Assembly: GCF_000315625.1 (NCBI RefSeq) | Contig: NW_005434628.1 | Span: forward strand, 164,606-228,605 | DNA from: Guillardia theta CCMP2712 | Taxonomy: Eukaryota > Protista > Cryptophyta | Length of the DNA: 64,000 nt | Direction of reading: 5' to 3' | Program-made: the position numbers and the translations under genes | The notes under the pieces: generated by a model | What the model saw: the letters and a program-made list of their open reading frames with translations, nothing else | The model's database searches: none | What the model was told of the DNA's origin: nothing | Shown here: piece by piece, positions 1 to 11,600 of the stretch | Position numbering within the stretch: the first letter of the stretch is position 1 | How the letters are laid out: the number at the start of each line of letters is the position of its first letter

Positions 1-3000
1 TCCCTCCTTCCTTCCTCCCTCCCTTCCTCCCCTCCCTCCCTTTCCTCCCTCCCTTCCTCCCTCCGTTCCTTGACTTCCTCCCATCTTCCCCTCCTTTCCA
101 CTTGCTCTCTCGATTCGTATTCCTCCTCATCTCACCGATGTACAGGCAGACGTTCTCAAGGAGGAAGCAGCAGGAACTTTCCCTGCATGGCCGTCATCGC
201 TGCGCGTGCCCACGTCTCATACCTGTCAGCACGCGCTCCCTCCTCTACCACCTCCACCACATCGTTCGGCAAGAGCTGGATGGCGTGCAGCAGGTCAAGG
301 ATGCGCCTGGAGGAAACGGGGGGAGTGAGAAGCTGGTTGAAAGCCCTTCCTCCCTACTTCGCGTATCCCCTGGCGTCTCCGATGTCGACCGACGCCTGGA
401 TCATGAGCGAAAAGCCCTGTTGTAGCGGGTCAACGGCTTTGCCGGCACTGACGAGCATCGGCAGACCTCGCACAGCGCCAGCGTGTTGAAGGATGCCTGG
501 CTGATGTTGGAGGCGAACGTCGAACTGTCGTCGCTCTGACATGTCAGAGTCAATGAGTCTTACAGGAATATCACCATCCTCCTCCAATCACCCCCCTCCC
601 TCTCCCCCCACACCATCCTTCATGTTCTCCTGCACCTGCTGCGTCCTCTTTCTCGTCCTCGTTCTTCTACCCTCTCTCCCCTCCCCTCCATCCTCCTCCT
701 CCTCGACCTGAATCCCGCTCACACTCCCGAAGGTCCAGAATGCTGAGCTTGCAAACACAGCAATGGCAATGATCAGGTAGTTGACGATGCTGCACCGGCA
801 CGTCAGTTGCATCCTGACATGAAACAGAACCTGCTTCACCTCCCAAAGTACATGAACATGTTCGACGACATGTTCAAAAACCTGAGAATACAACAGCAAT
901 CACCACTCAGCCGCATCCCCGCAAACTCCAAGTGCTATTCCTGTTCCTCTCAACCTCTCCTCTTAAAGCATCCACCACCACCACCACCACCACCACCTCC
1001 TCCTCCTCCTCCTCCTCCTCCTCCTCCTCCTCCTCCTCATCCTCGACCTCCTCCTCCTCCTCCTCCTCCCACTTGTTTTCTTTTCCATCTGCTACGCTCT
1101 CGCATCACTCTTCTCACCAGTGTCTTGACGCAACTTTCAGCTGCACATTGTAGACATCCACGAGATTGTTGTGAGTGATTTCTCTCAGGAAGTCAACGCC
1201 CTTCGACATGCTGATCTCTTGCGCCTGAACGCGATCCTGAGCCTCGACCAACAAGGAACGGAGAAGCGAACAAGAGGTGGGGGAGGAGGCATGAAGGGGA
1301 GAGGAAGAGGAAGAGGAAGAGGAAGAGGAAGAGGAAGAGGAAGAGGAAGAGGAAGAGGAAGAGGAAGAGGAAGAGGAAGAGGAAGAGGAAGGAAATGAGG
1401 AAAGAAAAGCAAAGGAAAGGGAAAGGGAAAGGATCACACCATATCCACAGTCCACTTGTGAGTCAAACGGAAATCTCCTTCCAACCTTAATGGAAACATA
1501 TCAGACCGCCATCACAACTCTTGCTTTAGATGCTCATCATTCTTCGCTACTAGTACCTCACTCTGCTCTCCTGTCCTCCTTGTTTCTCCCCTGACTCTCC
1601 CCTGTAATTCGCTCCATCCTCCTCCCCTCTCTCCTCGTTACTGCTACACTCCTTCCCCATCCTCCATCCTCCCCTCCTCTCCCCTCCTCTCCCCTCTCCT
1701 CTCCTCTCCTCTCCTCTCCTCTCCTCTCCTCTCTCCTCTCCTTCCTTCCTGCATTTCCTCGCCTCTCACTACCGTTTCTCCCTCTCTCTTCCCTTCTTGC
1801 CGTTCACCGCCAATCTCCTTACCTCTGGTGTTGTGCGACTCTCTTCTCAACCGAACGCGCCAGCAGGTGGTTGATCAACAAGCCGCTAAGGAAGAAACCA
1901 GAGATCGCAACCGGCGCCACCCAGCCAACAGCCCTGACAGAGTACACGGATCATGAACTTTCATACGTGACCACTCTCCTGCTTCTCATCGACTACGATC
2001 CAAGAATCTTTACATCATCATTTCCATGTATCTTGATCAACCTGAGCGAGAGGATCACGTAGACAGCGATGGAGACAGGAGCTGTGATGATCTATAAAGT
2101 GTGCATTAAATGCCGGACCTCAAACACATGCAACAGCAAACCTGGAGGACGATGCGAGAAATGGTGTCGCAGAGGAGTTTGGCATCGTTGACCAACCTCT
2201 GGTCGATGTTGTCCAACTTCTCGACAAGACCATCAGGCAAACCCAGCGAGTGTTTCCTTGAGCAGTCAACAAGCTTGGAGAGGATTCGCTTCCTCCCATC
2301 AAAGTACATCCGTTGCAATTGACTTGTCAATTCCAATCTCCACCTTGCAGCAAGGATCTCTATCGATCTCATGTCAGATTCCTCTGGCAGGCAAACAAGG
2401 TGTGAATGTGATGCCTGCGAGAAACTTTGCAGTCGAGTCCAGTAGGACTGTTATACTGTAGCAGACCAACGCTTTCACACAATTCGTTGCGAATGCTGCC
2501 AGGTCCTTGGCCAGCAAAGTCTGTGGGGTGCGTGAATATCCTCTGACCATGGCGATACGCACAGAGACAACCTTGTAGAACGCCCCGAGGATGGAGCCCG
2601 CCGTCGAAGCAACCAGAGCCACCTACAAACCACCATCACTGCCATCAAGAGGAAGCGATCGCGTTACCTTGGCCAGGCACACGCTTGTGATCACACAGAA
2701 GTAGAAGGTGCTTGATGGAGATTTCCGGATGGTTGAGAGAACAAGTGTCCAAGTGCTGCGCGAATGCAACAATCTGAAGCATGCTGAGGAGGAGGAGCCC
2801 TTTCAGAGCACGTAACTTCACCTTCCGTCCTCGCTGACATTAGCACTGGCATCGCAAGTGTGACCCCCCCGGACTTCTTGCGGATCGTCTTCTTGCCTGC
2901 AGCAGCGTCCAGCCGCAAGTCAGACAAGGATGCCCTGCTCCTGCCTTGAGGGCTCGCACAACCCCATCCAACACATGCAACCCTCTTCCTCGTACCTCAG

Positions 3001-3027
3001 CAGTGCCTCCTTTACATCCCCTGCCAT
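1..3027 (-). CDS. ABC transporter subfamily D (peroxisomal-type), N-terminal transmembrane part; multi-exon, runs off the left edge
   Basis: Exons encode ABCD-type motifs RWRLELTSQLQRMYF, LDNIDQRLVND, an EAA-like EGDFRLTH..RVQAQEISMSKG and GDARGYA..RILDLL. Probable ATG at 3027. NBD not in the window. Confidence 0.8.
973..1395. repeat. Intronic microsatellites (CCA)n(CCT)n and (GAGGAA)n
   Basis: Direct reading; representative of many similar tracts (e.g. 17005-17078, 19666-19720, 47090-47190, 48690-48757, 51750-51805, 62790-62970). Confidence 0.95.
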
Positions 3028-3054
3028 GGATCCTATCAAAACAAGAGGTCTCTT

Positions 3055-3290
3055 TCGGCCCGGACGATCATGGTGCGAGTGCCCAAAGCCCACGATCGCC
3101 GGCCCGGCCGGGCCGGGTCACCGGATCACTGAGAGTCACTGCCGGGCCCCGGCGGCGGCCCGGCCGATCCGATCAAACTCCCCTGGCCCTAGTACTGCGG
3201 CCGCCCTGGCATGATCGTCTGAGTGCGGGCCGCGGCGGCGGCGGCCGGGCCGGCCGTTGGGCCTCAGTCAGATTTCCTGGAACACGGTGA
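3055..3290. other. GC-rich intergenic island (type A)
   Basis: Dense in CCGG/GGCC/CGATC/GAGTC words; lies directly upstream of the ABCD start. Confidence 0.6.
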
Positions 3291-3440
3291 ATTCTACATG
3301 TTTTCTCAAACTTGAAATTTGGTTGACCATACTTTCATTTTGAACTTCGGAACGTGTTGAGGGGAATGTAACAATATTTAGCCGCAAAGAGAAGCAAACA
3401 CGCATGCCTAACTAGTAACAAGTGAGACTGAGAGTACAAG

Positions 3441-5912
3441 TTAGACTGTTGGTGATGATGGTTGTGTGGTATAGCCCGCGGCAACATGATACTGAAATCT
3501 CATGATTATGATCCCTGAGCCACCTGAGCCACCTGAGCTGCTCGACTGGCAGACCATCCCACCTCCTCCTCCTCCTGTACCAGCGATTCCATCTCCACTG
3601 TCACCTGATCCTCCTCCTCCAATCCCCCCGCTTCCTGCTGGTCCGCAGGCACCAGGGGTACGACCACCACCACCACCTCCTCCTCCTCCTCCTCCTCCTC
3701 CTGCATAAAAGTTGCCATCCAACCACTCCATTCCAGCCCCCCCATCTCCACCTGTGATATTTCCAACGCCACCGACCGTACTTGCACCGCCACCGCCACC
3801 TCCTCCACTCGATTTCTCTCCAGAACCACCGTTGCTACCATAGTATATGACAGAAGCAGATGTCTTTGAGCCTGATACGCCCTTGGTTGCTGTCCCACCT
3901 ACATTCGCACCATAACAGCCATTCCCACCTCCTCCTGACCCACCATCTGCTCCTATTTGACTGCTGCAATATCCACCCCTCCCCCCTCCATATGCGATTT
4001 CGGTGACTTTACCTCCGCTTATCCCGCTGTCCTGTCCGTCCTGTGAGCTTGGTCCACCCTTGCCCACGTAAAACGTGTAGTTCACACCAGCTTCAAGAAG
4101 GATTTTGCCCATTCCAAACCCACCGGCCCCACCACCACCTCCTCCTTCAACTCCCGTGTATGTTCCCCCACCACCTCCACCACCAGCAACTATGAGAATA
4201 TCAACTTCCGTACTCTGCCAAAACGTAACTGTGTAGATCGAATTATTCTCAGAGCCGATGTAATTGAACTTGAATTGAATCTGTTGTGTAGATGTTTCAA
4301 AGGTAGGAGTAATTGATGGAAAGATTGTCACATTGAAATCTCCTTTCACACAAACCGTATCGCTCATGTTCGTACACGCTACTGACTCCAACGTTCCAGC
4401 GGAGCACGTCGAGCAGTTTGTGCATACTGTATCGCTGTTGCTGCTGCAGGTGCTGCTGGCGTACTGGCCGCTCGGGCACGTCGAGCAGTTTGAGCATACT
4501 GTATCGCTGTTGCTGCTGCAGGCGCTGCTGGCGTACTGGCCGCTCGGGCATGTCGAGCAGTTTGAGCATACTGTATCGCTGTTGCTGCTGCAGGCGCTGC
4601 TGATGTACTGGCCGCTCGAGCATGTCGAGCAGTCTGAGCATACTGTATCGCTGTTGCTGCTGCAGGCGCTGCTGATGTACTGGCCGCTCGAGCATGTCGA
4701 GCAGTTTGTGCATACTGTATCGCTGTTGCTGCTGCAGGCGCTGCTGATGTACTTGTCGCTCGAGCATGTCGAGCAGTTTGAGCATACTGTATCGCTGTTG
4801 CTGCTGCAGGTGCTGCTGATGTACTGGCCGCTCGGGCATGTCGAGCAGTTTGAGCATACTGTATCGCTGTTGCTGCTGCAGGCGCTGCTGATGTACTGGC
4901 CGCTCGGGCATGTCGAGCAGTTTGAGCATACTATACCGCTGTTGCTGCTGCAGGTGCTGCTGGCGTGCTTGCCGCTCGGGCATGTCGAGCAGTTTGAGCA
5001 TACCGGGTTGCTCCAAGTTGCTATGTATACATTGATGCTGTATGCATGGCCAACAACATTGTATGTGGGACCGGAATTCCAATAAAACCCGGTTCCCATA
5101 GTGTTGCCTTTTTCATACCGCAAAATTTGATCTGTATAGATTGCAGTTGAGTTCGTTGATATGTAGGCTGCCAAGGAACTGTTGTCATCATAGTATGTGG
5201 AATAGTCGATCCCCCCAGATGAGGACCAATCTGCATTGATGAAGAAGTAATACATGACAAAGAGCAGCTGGTTCTGCTTGTTGTAATACAGCCTTTCCTC
5301 CCACTGTGACAAGACAGAACCAGTGTCTTGGAGCAAGGTTCGACTGTACGTCCATGACAAAGAGCATCCTATGCTCAAGTATTCGTTGTCTGGGCAGGTA
5401 CATGGCGAGCATACCGAGTCACTTGTACCGCTACATCCCCCAGTCTTGTAATGCCCACTAGGGCAGGATGAGCATACCGAGCATACCGTATCATGCGTAC
5501 CGCTGCATCCCCCAGTCTTGTAATACCCACTAGGACAGATCGAGCATGTCGAGCATACCGAGTCGCTCGTGTTGCTGCATCCCCCGCTCCTGTACTTCCC
5601 GCTGGGACAGGTCGAGCATGTTGAGCATACCGTATCACTCGTACTGATACATCCTCCAGTCTTGTACTTCCCACTAGAACAAGTAGCGCATTTCAGGCAA
5701 GAATGGCTTGAAGAATCCCAGTAATAGTTGGAGTTGCAGTCACAGCCCGTGAAATGTCCTGGGTTGAGGGACTGACAAGAAACTTGATAGGAGTTCGGAT
5801 CAACGCAAGACTGACAAGAAGACTCAGAGCTGCAAGCCTGTGAGATGGAGGTATCGCACTCCATCCCATAATCATACAGCAACACCAACATACATGCCTG
5901 CACCCACCGCAT
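3441..5912 (-). CDS. Intronless 823-aa putative secreted/surface protein: TNFR-like Cys-rich repeats + C-terminal glycine-rich domain
   Basis: Single long ORF with a hydrophobic N-terminus, 24-aa CSxCSTCPSGxYxSxxCSSNSDTV repeats, and C-terminal VDILIVAGGGGGG..GGGGGAGG..YTFYVGKGG..GGSGGSGIIIMRF. Confidence 0.85.
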   Translation of the reverse strand: MRWVQACMLVLLYDYGMECDTSISQACSSESSCQSCVDPNSYQVSCQSLNPGHFTGCDCNSNYYWDSSSHSCLKCATCSSGKYKTGGCISTSDTVCSTCSTCPSGKYRSGGCSNTSDSVCSTCSICPSGYYKTGGCSGTHDTVCSVCSSCPSGHYKTGGCSGTSDSVCSPCTCPDNEYLSIGCSLSWTYSRTLLQDTGSVLSQWEERLYYNKQNQLLFVMYYFFINADWSSSGGIDYSTYYDDNSSLAAYISTNSTAIYTDQILRYEKGNTMGTGFYWNSGPTYNVVGHAYSINVYIATWSNPVCSNCSTCPSGKHASSTCSSNSGIVCSNCSTCPSGQYISSACSSNSDTVCSNCSTCPSGQYISSTCSSNSDTVCSNCSTCSSDKYISSACSSNSDTVCTNCSTCSSGQYISSACSSNSDTVCSDCSTCSSGQYISSACSSNSDTVCSNCSTCPSGQYASSACSSNSDTVCSNCSTCPSGQYASSTCSSNSDTVCTNCSTCSAGTLESVACTNMSDTVCVKGDFNVTIFPSITPTFETSTQQIQFKFNYIGSENNSIYTVTFWQSTEVDILIVAGGGGGGGTYTGVEGGGGGGAGGFGMGKILLEAGVNYTFYVGKGGPSSQDGQDSGISGGKVTEIAYGGGRGGYCSSQIGADGGSGGGGNGCYGANVGGTATKGVSGSKTSASVIYYGSNGGSGEKSSGGGGGGGASTVGGVGNITGGDGGAGMEWLDGNFYAGGGGGGGGGGGGGRTPGACGPAGSGGIGGGGSGDSGDGIAGTGGGGGGMVCQSSSSGGSGGSGIIIMRFQYHVAAGYTTQPSSPTV
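4400..5002. repeat. 72-bp coding tandem repeat, ~8 near-identical copies
   Basis: catactgtatcgctgttgctgctgcagg recurs every 72 nt and encodes the 24-aa Cys repeat. Confidence 0.95.
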
Positions 5913-6224
5913 TATGTGATGTGCTGCCTTTCTTCGGTTTGGCTGTCTTCAAATATATGCCGATTAAAATTTCAAGAAAACACTAAAAATAATTGATAAT
6001 TTCACATATTCGGGTAAAAATTTGGGGTAAGCTTGATGCAGCTGGCCAGTGGTGTGAAATGCAGTACTCTCAGGGCCTACCCACCGTGGCTTCCCCCTTC
6101 CCCGAGCATCGGATTACTACCAGTTGGTGCTCAGTGCTAGTGTGTTTGAGGGGTGGGTAGTCTTAAAACCAGTATCAACTTATGCCGTTCACTTTTGCAA
6201 CTCAGCGCCCCGAAGTTAAGTTTG

Positions 6225-6900
6225 AGTCGGGTCTTAGGATCAGTCCTGAGTCAGCAGACGGTGCGCCGCGGCGCGGCCCGTCGCCGATTAGTGACCGGTC
6301 GGTGTTCGGCTCCGGGAGTCACGGGCCGCCGCCCGGCCGGGCCCGCGAGGGCCGGGCCCGTCCGCCGCCGATCCGAGTCACCCCGCGACTCCGTAGTACT
6401 GAGTCTAACTTCAAGTCAAGTTGTTGAACCATTGAACCGTGACGTGACTAGGCTGCCAGTGTCGGAGCCAGTGAGCCCGGCAGGTACGGTCCGACGGTCC
6501 GATCAGGCTGGGGGCCTCCGAGTCGGGCCGGGCAGCAACGCCGCGGCCGCGGACCCGGCCCGGGGCCGTACTGAACCTCAGACACTGAGTCACTGGGCCG
6601 TCATCACGACGTGAGTCACCGTCACGTCGGAACAAGTTCAAGGGTTAGGAATCTGTCACTCAGTGTGTGGTCCACGCATGCGTCCACTGTGAGCTCACGC
6701 TGGCCGCGAGGCCCCCGGCCCGCCGGGGCGGCCACGAGGGAGCCCCTCCGACCGCTGTGTGCGAGTCAGTCTGTGGCATGGCGGCACTGGCCTGCCCAGC
6801 CGTGATCGCGGCCGATCGGATGATCCTGTACACAGGAGTCCCCTGGCACTGCATTTCCCGGCGGCTTCCGCGAACTTTAGTTCGGAACTCGGGCATGATG
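6225..6900. other. GC-rich intergenic island (type A)
   Basis: About 10 GAGTC/GACTC words in ~670 bp; contains CGATCGGATGATCC at 6813; no credible ORF. Confidence 0.65.
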
Positions 6901-7044
6901 TACCGTCTTGAGGCTATCATGCATTTACACCCACTTCAGTGTTCTACTGTTCATCGACTTCATCTAAAGATATTGGCATTTTGGCCCTGTTCTCAATCAG
7001 TGTATGTCCAGACCTCTGTATTTGACTTTACTAGTCTGAGATAC

Positions 7045-7785
7045 TCAAGCAAGCAGTCCGCCTGACATATCGTTCTGGTGGGAGGCATAATGACGAAATT
7101 CACGCCCATGATTGTTGGAATTGCCGAAAGCAAGAGATTCCACGAGACTTCCTCTGTACCTGTTATGAGAGAGTGACGACAGTCATACACCACAGATCAG
7201 GATAAATAAGTCAATGCCAAGGATATTCCAAGAAAACAAAAACCGCAAAGAGAGATCGCATTGTGCAAAGAGACATTGTGAAATCAATTACCTTCCAGCT
7301 CCTGTCCCGATATCTAATGAGTGACCGTAGATGATCTTATTCAAGGTCTAAAAAACAAGAGATGCTTACAAACCATCACAAAATGGCATCAAATTTACCG
7401 ATTTCCCAAGTTTGGGATGAACAGCGTGCATTGGGTCTGTCTGAAATGGCCAAGAGGACCCCATCCTGTAGCAAACAGCATTAATTTCCAAGAAGCGCAA
7501 GAAATTCAATTGCATCAAGCCAAAATGATAACCTCAATTTCCTTTCTCCTACACACTAAGAATGAAAATCCCTGTTGAAAATAGTGCACACCTTCATTTT
7601 CTAGTGCTATCCCGTGACCCCCTCCCCTCCTCCTTCCTCTTTCCGCCATTGCTTCCCTCATCCTCCCATACACGGCTCATCGTAATGATAGCCGCAGCAG
7701 CATCCTTGGAATGCCGAAGAGTCAACTTGGCATTGTCTTCTTGCAGGCCGTAACCGACAAAAACTGCTTCATTGAAAACCGTCAT
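7045..7785 (-). CDS. Small hypothetical protein (~105 aa, 4 exons)
   Basis: A consistent GT-AG splice path gives MTVFNEAVFVGYG...ITMSRDGVLLAIS...DMSGGLLA*. No recognised domain. Confidence 0.3.
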
Positions 7786-7859
7786 GTAACGTCTGCAATC
7801 AAAGATATTGACTCTTCCAACGGCTGCAACAATATTTAAACAACGAATTCCCTGCAATG

Positions 7860-8640
7860 ATGAACTAAAAAAAAGGACCCCTCCTACCCCACTACCCCCA
7901 AGCAAAAATCCGACAACCCACCCTTTGTCTAGCCGTAATCTCCAGTCTTTTCCGTGGACCATATATCTCGAGATCGGAGGGAAACAGCGTTGTTGTCAGC
8001 AACCCACCCCCATCCACAAAGTACCCATTCATTCACAGCCCCTACCCCTTCCGTCCCTGCGATACCCACAGACTAGGGGTACATGGATGTGATGTACCCC
8101 TACCCACCCCAATGAGAGTTTTACAGCACACAGATTATAGAGACAGAAGATATACCGTCAGAAGAGTCTTTATTAAAACAAATATTTATTTCGTAAAACC
8201 TTTTTTTTCCGTATCCAGGCATGTTCAATATACTTTTTAGACATTTAAATATGTTTTTAACCCTTTTACCAAATAAATTAAAAAACGATTTGATGACGAC
8301 CCTGTCTCCTATCTATTTGATGTATGGTGGGGTCATCCAACAGCTAAAACCCTGTTTTTTGGTCCATAGCGTCCCATTGGATCCCTCCGGGCCCGCATCA
8401 GGTGTAACCTCCACCCTCGATATCCCCTACCCCCTCTTGGAGAAACAATTTTATTGATAACGTGGGGGGTACTTGTACTACCCTACCTCCATTTCAACCA
8501 AAAATTCTTGACCCACCCCAATGCAGGAAAAGAAGTTTTGCCTTATTGAGGACCCCTCTTTTACCATTGCTTAGTACCAGTAAGTCCCCACCTGCTGTCC
8601 AAAAACCACCCCACCCCCTTGGGTCGAACTCTTGCAATTC
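7860..8640. other. TACCCC/GGGGTA-rich intergenic island (type B)
   Basis: Many (T/C)ACCCC and GGGGT(A/G) words in an AT-rich non-coding background. Confidence 0.55.
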
Positions 8641-8676
8641 AATTACGAAAGAATGCAGAGCGAGAGAGCGGAGTGC

Positions 8677-11600
8677 GATGGCAGGGCGAAGCTGGAAAGA
8701 AGCGATGTCAGGGTTTATGAAAGACATGCATCATGATATGTCAGTCATCAGACGTATAGATTGAAAGAGGCAGAGGTGTATGATAAGGTCTATTGTGAGG
8801 AAGAGTCAAGATGGGCTCCACAGCGACCAATGCATCCTGAAGGAGAGAGGCAATTATGAGTTTTAGAAATACGAGCAAATTATGTTTATGATGTAGAGCA
8901 TGCATGCACATTAATATCTTTTGTGATTGGTTTTGTAGTGGTCAAAACTACTGTAATGTCGGGAAATGAGAATTGTTCCGTCCCATGAACTACAGATTTG
9001 TTGAACTGCGAAACACTAGTTTTTTCCAGGTTGAAGGTTATGTTGTTTTTATGAAAAGGACTGTAGACTTGAACGTTTCCTGCACGCAAAGAGAAAAGAG
9101 AAATATCGAACGTTTCTTGATTTTTCCTTCTTGTTTGATTTCTTAACTGAGTTCAACTTTGTGTGATTTCCTATCTGTGACAGTCGGACAGGATGGATTC
9201 GCTGAGCGGCTAAGCATGCTGCAATCTATGCACTATTCTGCGTCCAAGTAACTTGGAAGACTGCCCTCATTCTGGCCCCGATAAGCATGCTCACCCCTAC
9301 AACTGCTGCTATCCAATGGTTCTACAAACGAGGAGACAGGTCCTTGCTCTTAAGCAAGGTTGGAACTTACAGCTCCAAAATCAGGTGGGAGCCCTTCGGC
9401 GAGACAGAAAACGTTGCTTTGGAGGAAGCGTTTATGAACAGAGAGTCCCTTGTTGGTGTGTGGGAGTGGGACGGCAGATTGCAGATCACTCATCGTTCGT
9501 TGAAATTTTAGATTTTGGAAGAGGTGTCTATCCAGCGTACGTTGACGAAAGAGTGCAATACAACCATGAAGCTGGTAAACAGAATGTTGAAGGGACAACT
9601 GTTTCGAGATTGATAGCTTGTTTAGGTTCAAAGAGGGACATCTTGCGTGGAAGGTTGGTGACCGAAGTCCATAGCACCTCCTCTCATGAGACTGATTCTG
9701 TACCTTAGCTGGTTTTTCCAACGATCCGATGGATCTCTTTGTCCTTTCACTGAGATTGAAGCATACAAGCTTGAAGTCGGATTTCCAGCAGGCAAGATTT
9801 CGTTTTCCGCGAATCGAAGGTCGTGATGTCGCTTCAGATGCATCGCATACTACGCATTCTTGCGTGAAACTGAATGATTCGCACGTGGTCTTCCGTGCCC
9901 TTCCAGGAGACTTTGCACAGGTACCTGCGTACGATTCATCCCATTGAGCTCCGATAACTTTGTTGATGCTATCCAGGTCAACTTGCAGAGCAAATCAGTG
10001 CGTTGGGTTACCCCAGCATATGAGCCTGGCCACCTTCCCCGGCGCGAAGTGAAGCCATTGATCGATGCCTGTTGGGCAAGCACCGAGCTGAGCTGCTTCC
10101 TGATCAACGACGAAGAGAAAGTTGAAGAAAACAACACCTCGAACAACTCATCTGGGTTTCCGACCCCGAGAGAGGAGGCTGATCAGATGCAAAAAGTTCG
10201 ATGGTGGTGGCGGGACATTGGGATGGGAACATGGCAAGCGTTCAGCTTTGAGGACAGCAGGGAGATTGAAAAAGCCTGGAAAAGTGGCAATCCCACTGAG
10301 GTATCTCACGGCTGCTTCCATTTTCTCAACCAACTCTCATCTGTCTACAGGTCGTCGCTCGTGATGGAATGTCTTGGATAAACATAAAGAAATGCAAAGG
10401 TTTTTAATGAGATTGGAACCACATTCCAGCTTATGAGAATCTCTCTGCAGATCAAAATGGCAACACTGCTCTGCGTGCAAGGGTGAGTCGGTTGCTGTCA
10501 TCCATCTCGGTTGCTCAACTTTATCCTATAGTGGCATTGGAGGCACAATGATGGTCACTTGCGGCCATTTGATGAGATTGAAGCGGTCAATTTTGGATGC
10601 ATAAGAGGTTGGATCTGACTGAGCAATAGGATGCCCTTGATCTGGAATACGTGATCATTCCATGGTATATTCAATCTCCAAGTGTTGTCACCCGTCTCAT
10701 ATTGTGGCAGGGCTTTGATTCAAGAAAAGCGTCTTCGCAGGCTTTTTGAACCCTTTAGGGATGGCCTAACGCTTCGTGTATATGCAATTGTCGGACTTTC
10801 GCACGCATCATGAAATACGCTTCAGGACTTGTTTCCCGACGTCAAAGAAGAAACCGAGCAGTCTGAGAGTGTTTGGCTTTACAACTGGATACAAAGTCAG
10901 GTTGGATCTATTCTTGTTTCGGGGTGCCAAGAGTAATCGTATGCAGTTGAGTCAGTTTGACATTCTGTCGGATGAAAGTAATCGGCATGTCATGCTCATT
11001 CTCCTGCTGACTGTGTATTAGACTTAACAGTGTTGATGAGAATGTGCAACGCAATCGCCTGTAACTTTGCTGCCTAAGTTTCAAGACCCAAACTGAAATG
11101 TCATTTCGAATAGCATTCGTTTTGCAAACCGCCGGCAGTCAGGAGGGGATTGCACCCCAAGCAGAAAATGAAACGTTGGAAACTGCTTTGGCTGCGCTTG
11201 GGGAAGAAACTGATGAGCTTTTGTTAGATCAATCTTGACCGTACAAGAATCTGAGAATTTGAAATTTGCCACCAACTCGATTTTAGCTCATATCTATATC
11301 ACGGTAGATTCCGAACAGCTGATTGTCGTGCTTTGACTCTGTTTGTTTCAGAGTAAGGGCAGAACTCGTTTTTTGGCTGGAGCATGTAGATTTTTGCTTG
11401 CCTGTAATGGTTTCTTTTGACTTCAACAGGTCGGGTTCACATGATGTATCAACAACATCGAAGAGTAATGCGCAAATATCAATTTTCAAGCAATTCTCTG
11501 TTGGACAAGGAGCAGGTAGTCTCCGCCGTGTTTGTTTTTGACTGCTCCCTTCCACGAGCCTGCTGATTTGATGAAAGGCTGCTTGCATCTCTACTTTGGA

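Noticed and set aside
807-1850. Poly-Pro/Ser/GR/LP ORFs here and throughout the window
   Set aside because: Translations of intronic microsatellites.
3341-3352. GAACTTCGGAA as a heat-shock element
   Set aside because: GAA and TTC are spaced by 1 nt, not the canonical 2 nt.
4297-5085. Alternative-frame and antisense ORFs of 261 and 250 aa
   Set aside because: Shadows of the 72-bp repeat in the 823-aa gene.
5005-5365. Diversity-generating retroelement variable region
   Set aside because: No template repeat or reverse transcriptase in the window.
6153-7065. Arg/Pro/Gly-rich ORFs in GC-rich islands (also 45219-45715, 52463-53056)
   Set aside because: Open only because stops are rare at high GC; no domain or splice support.
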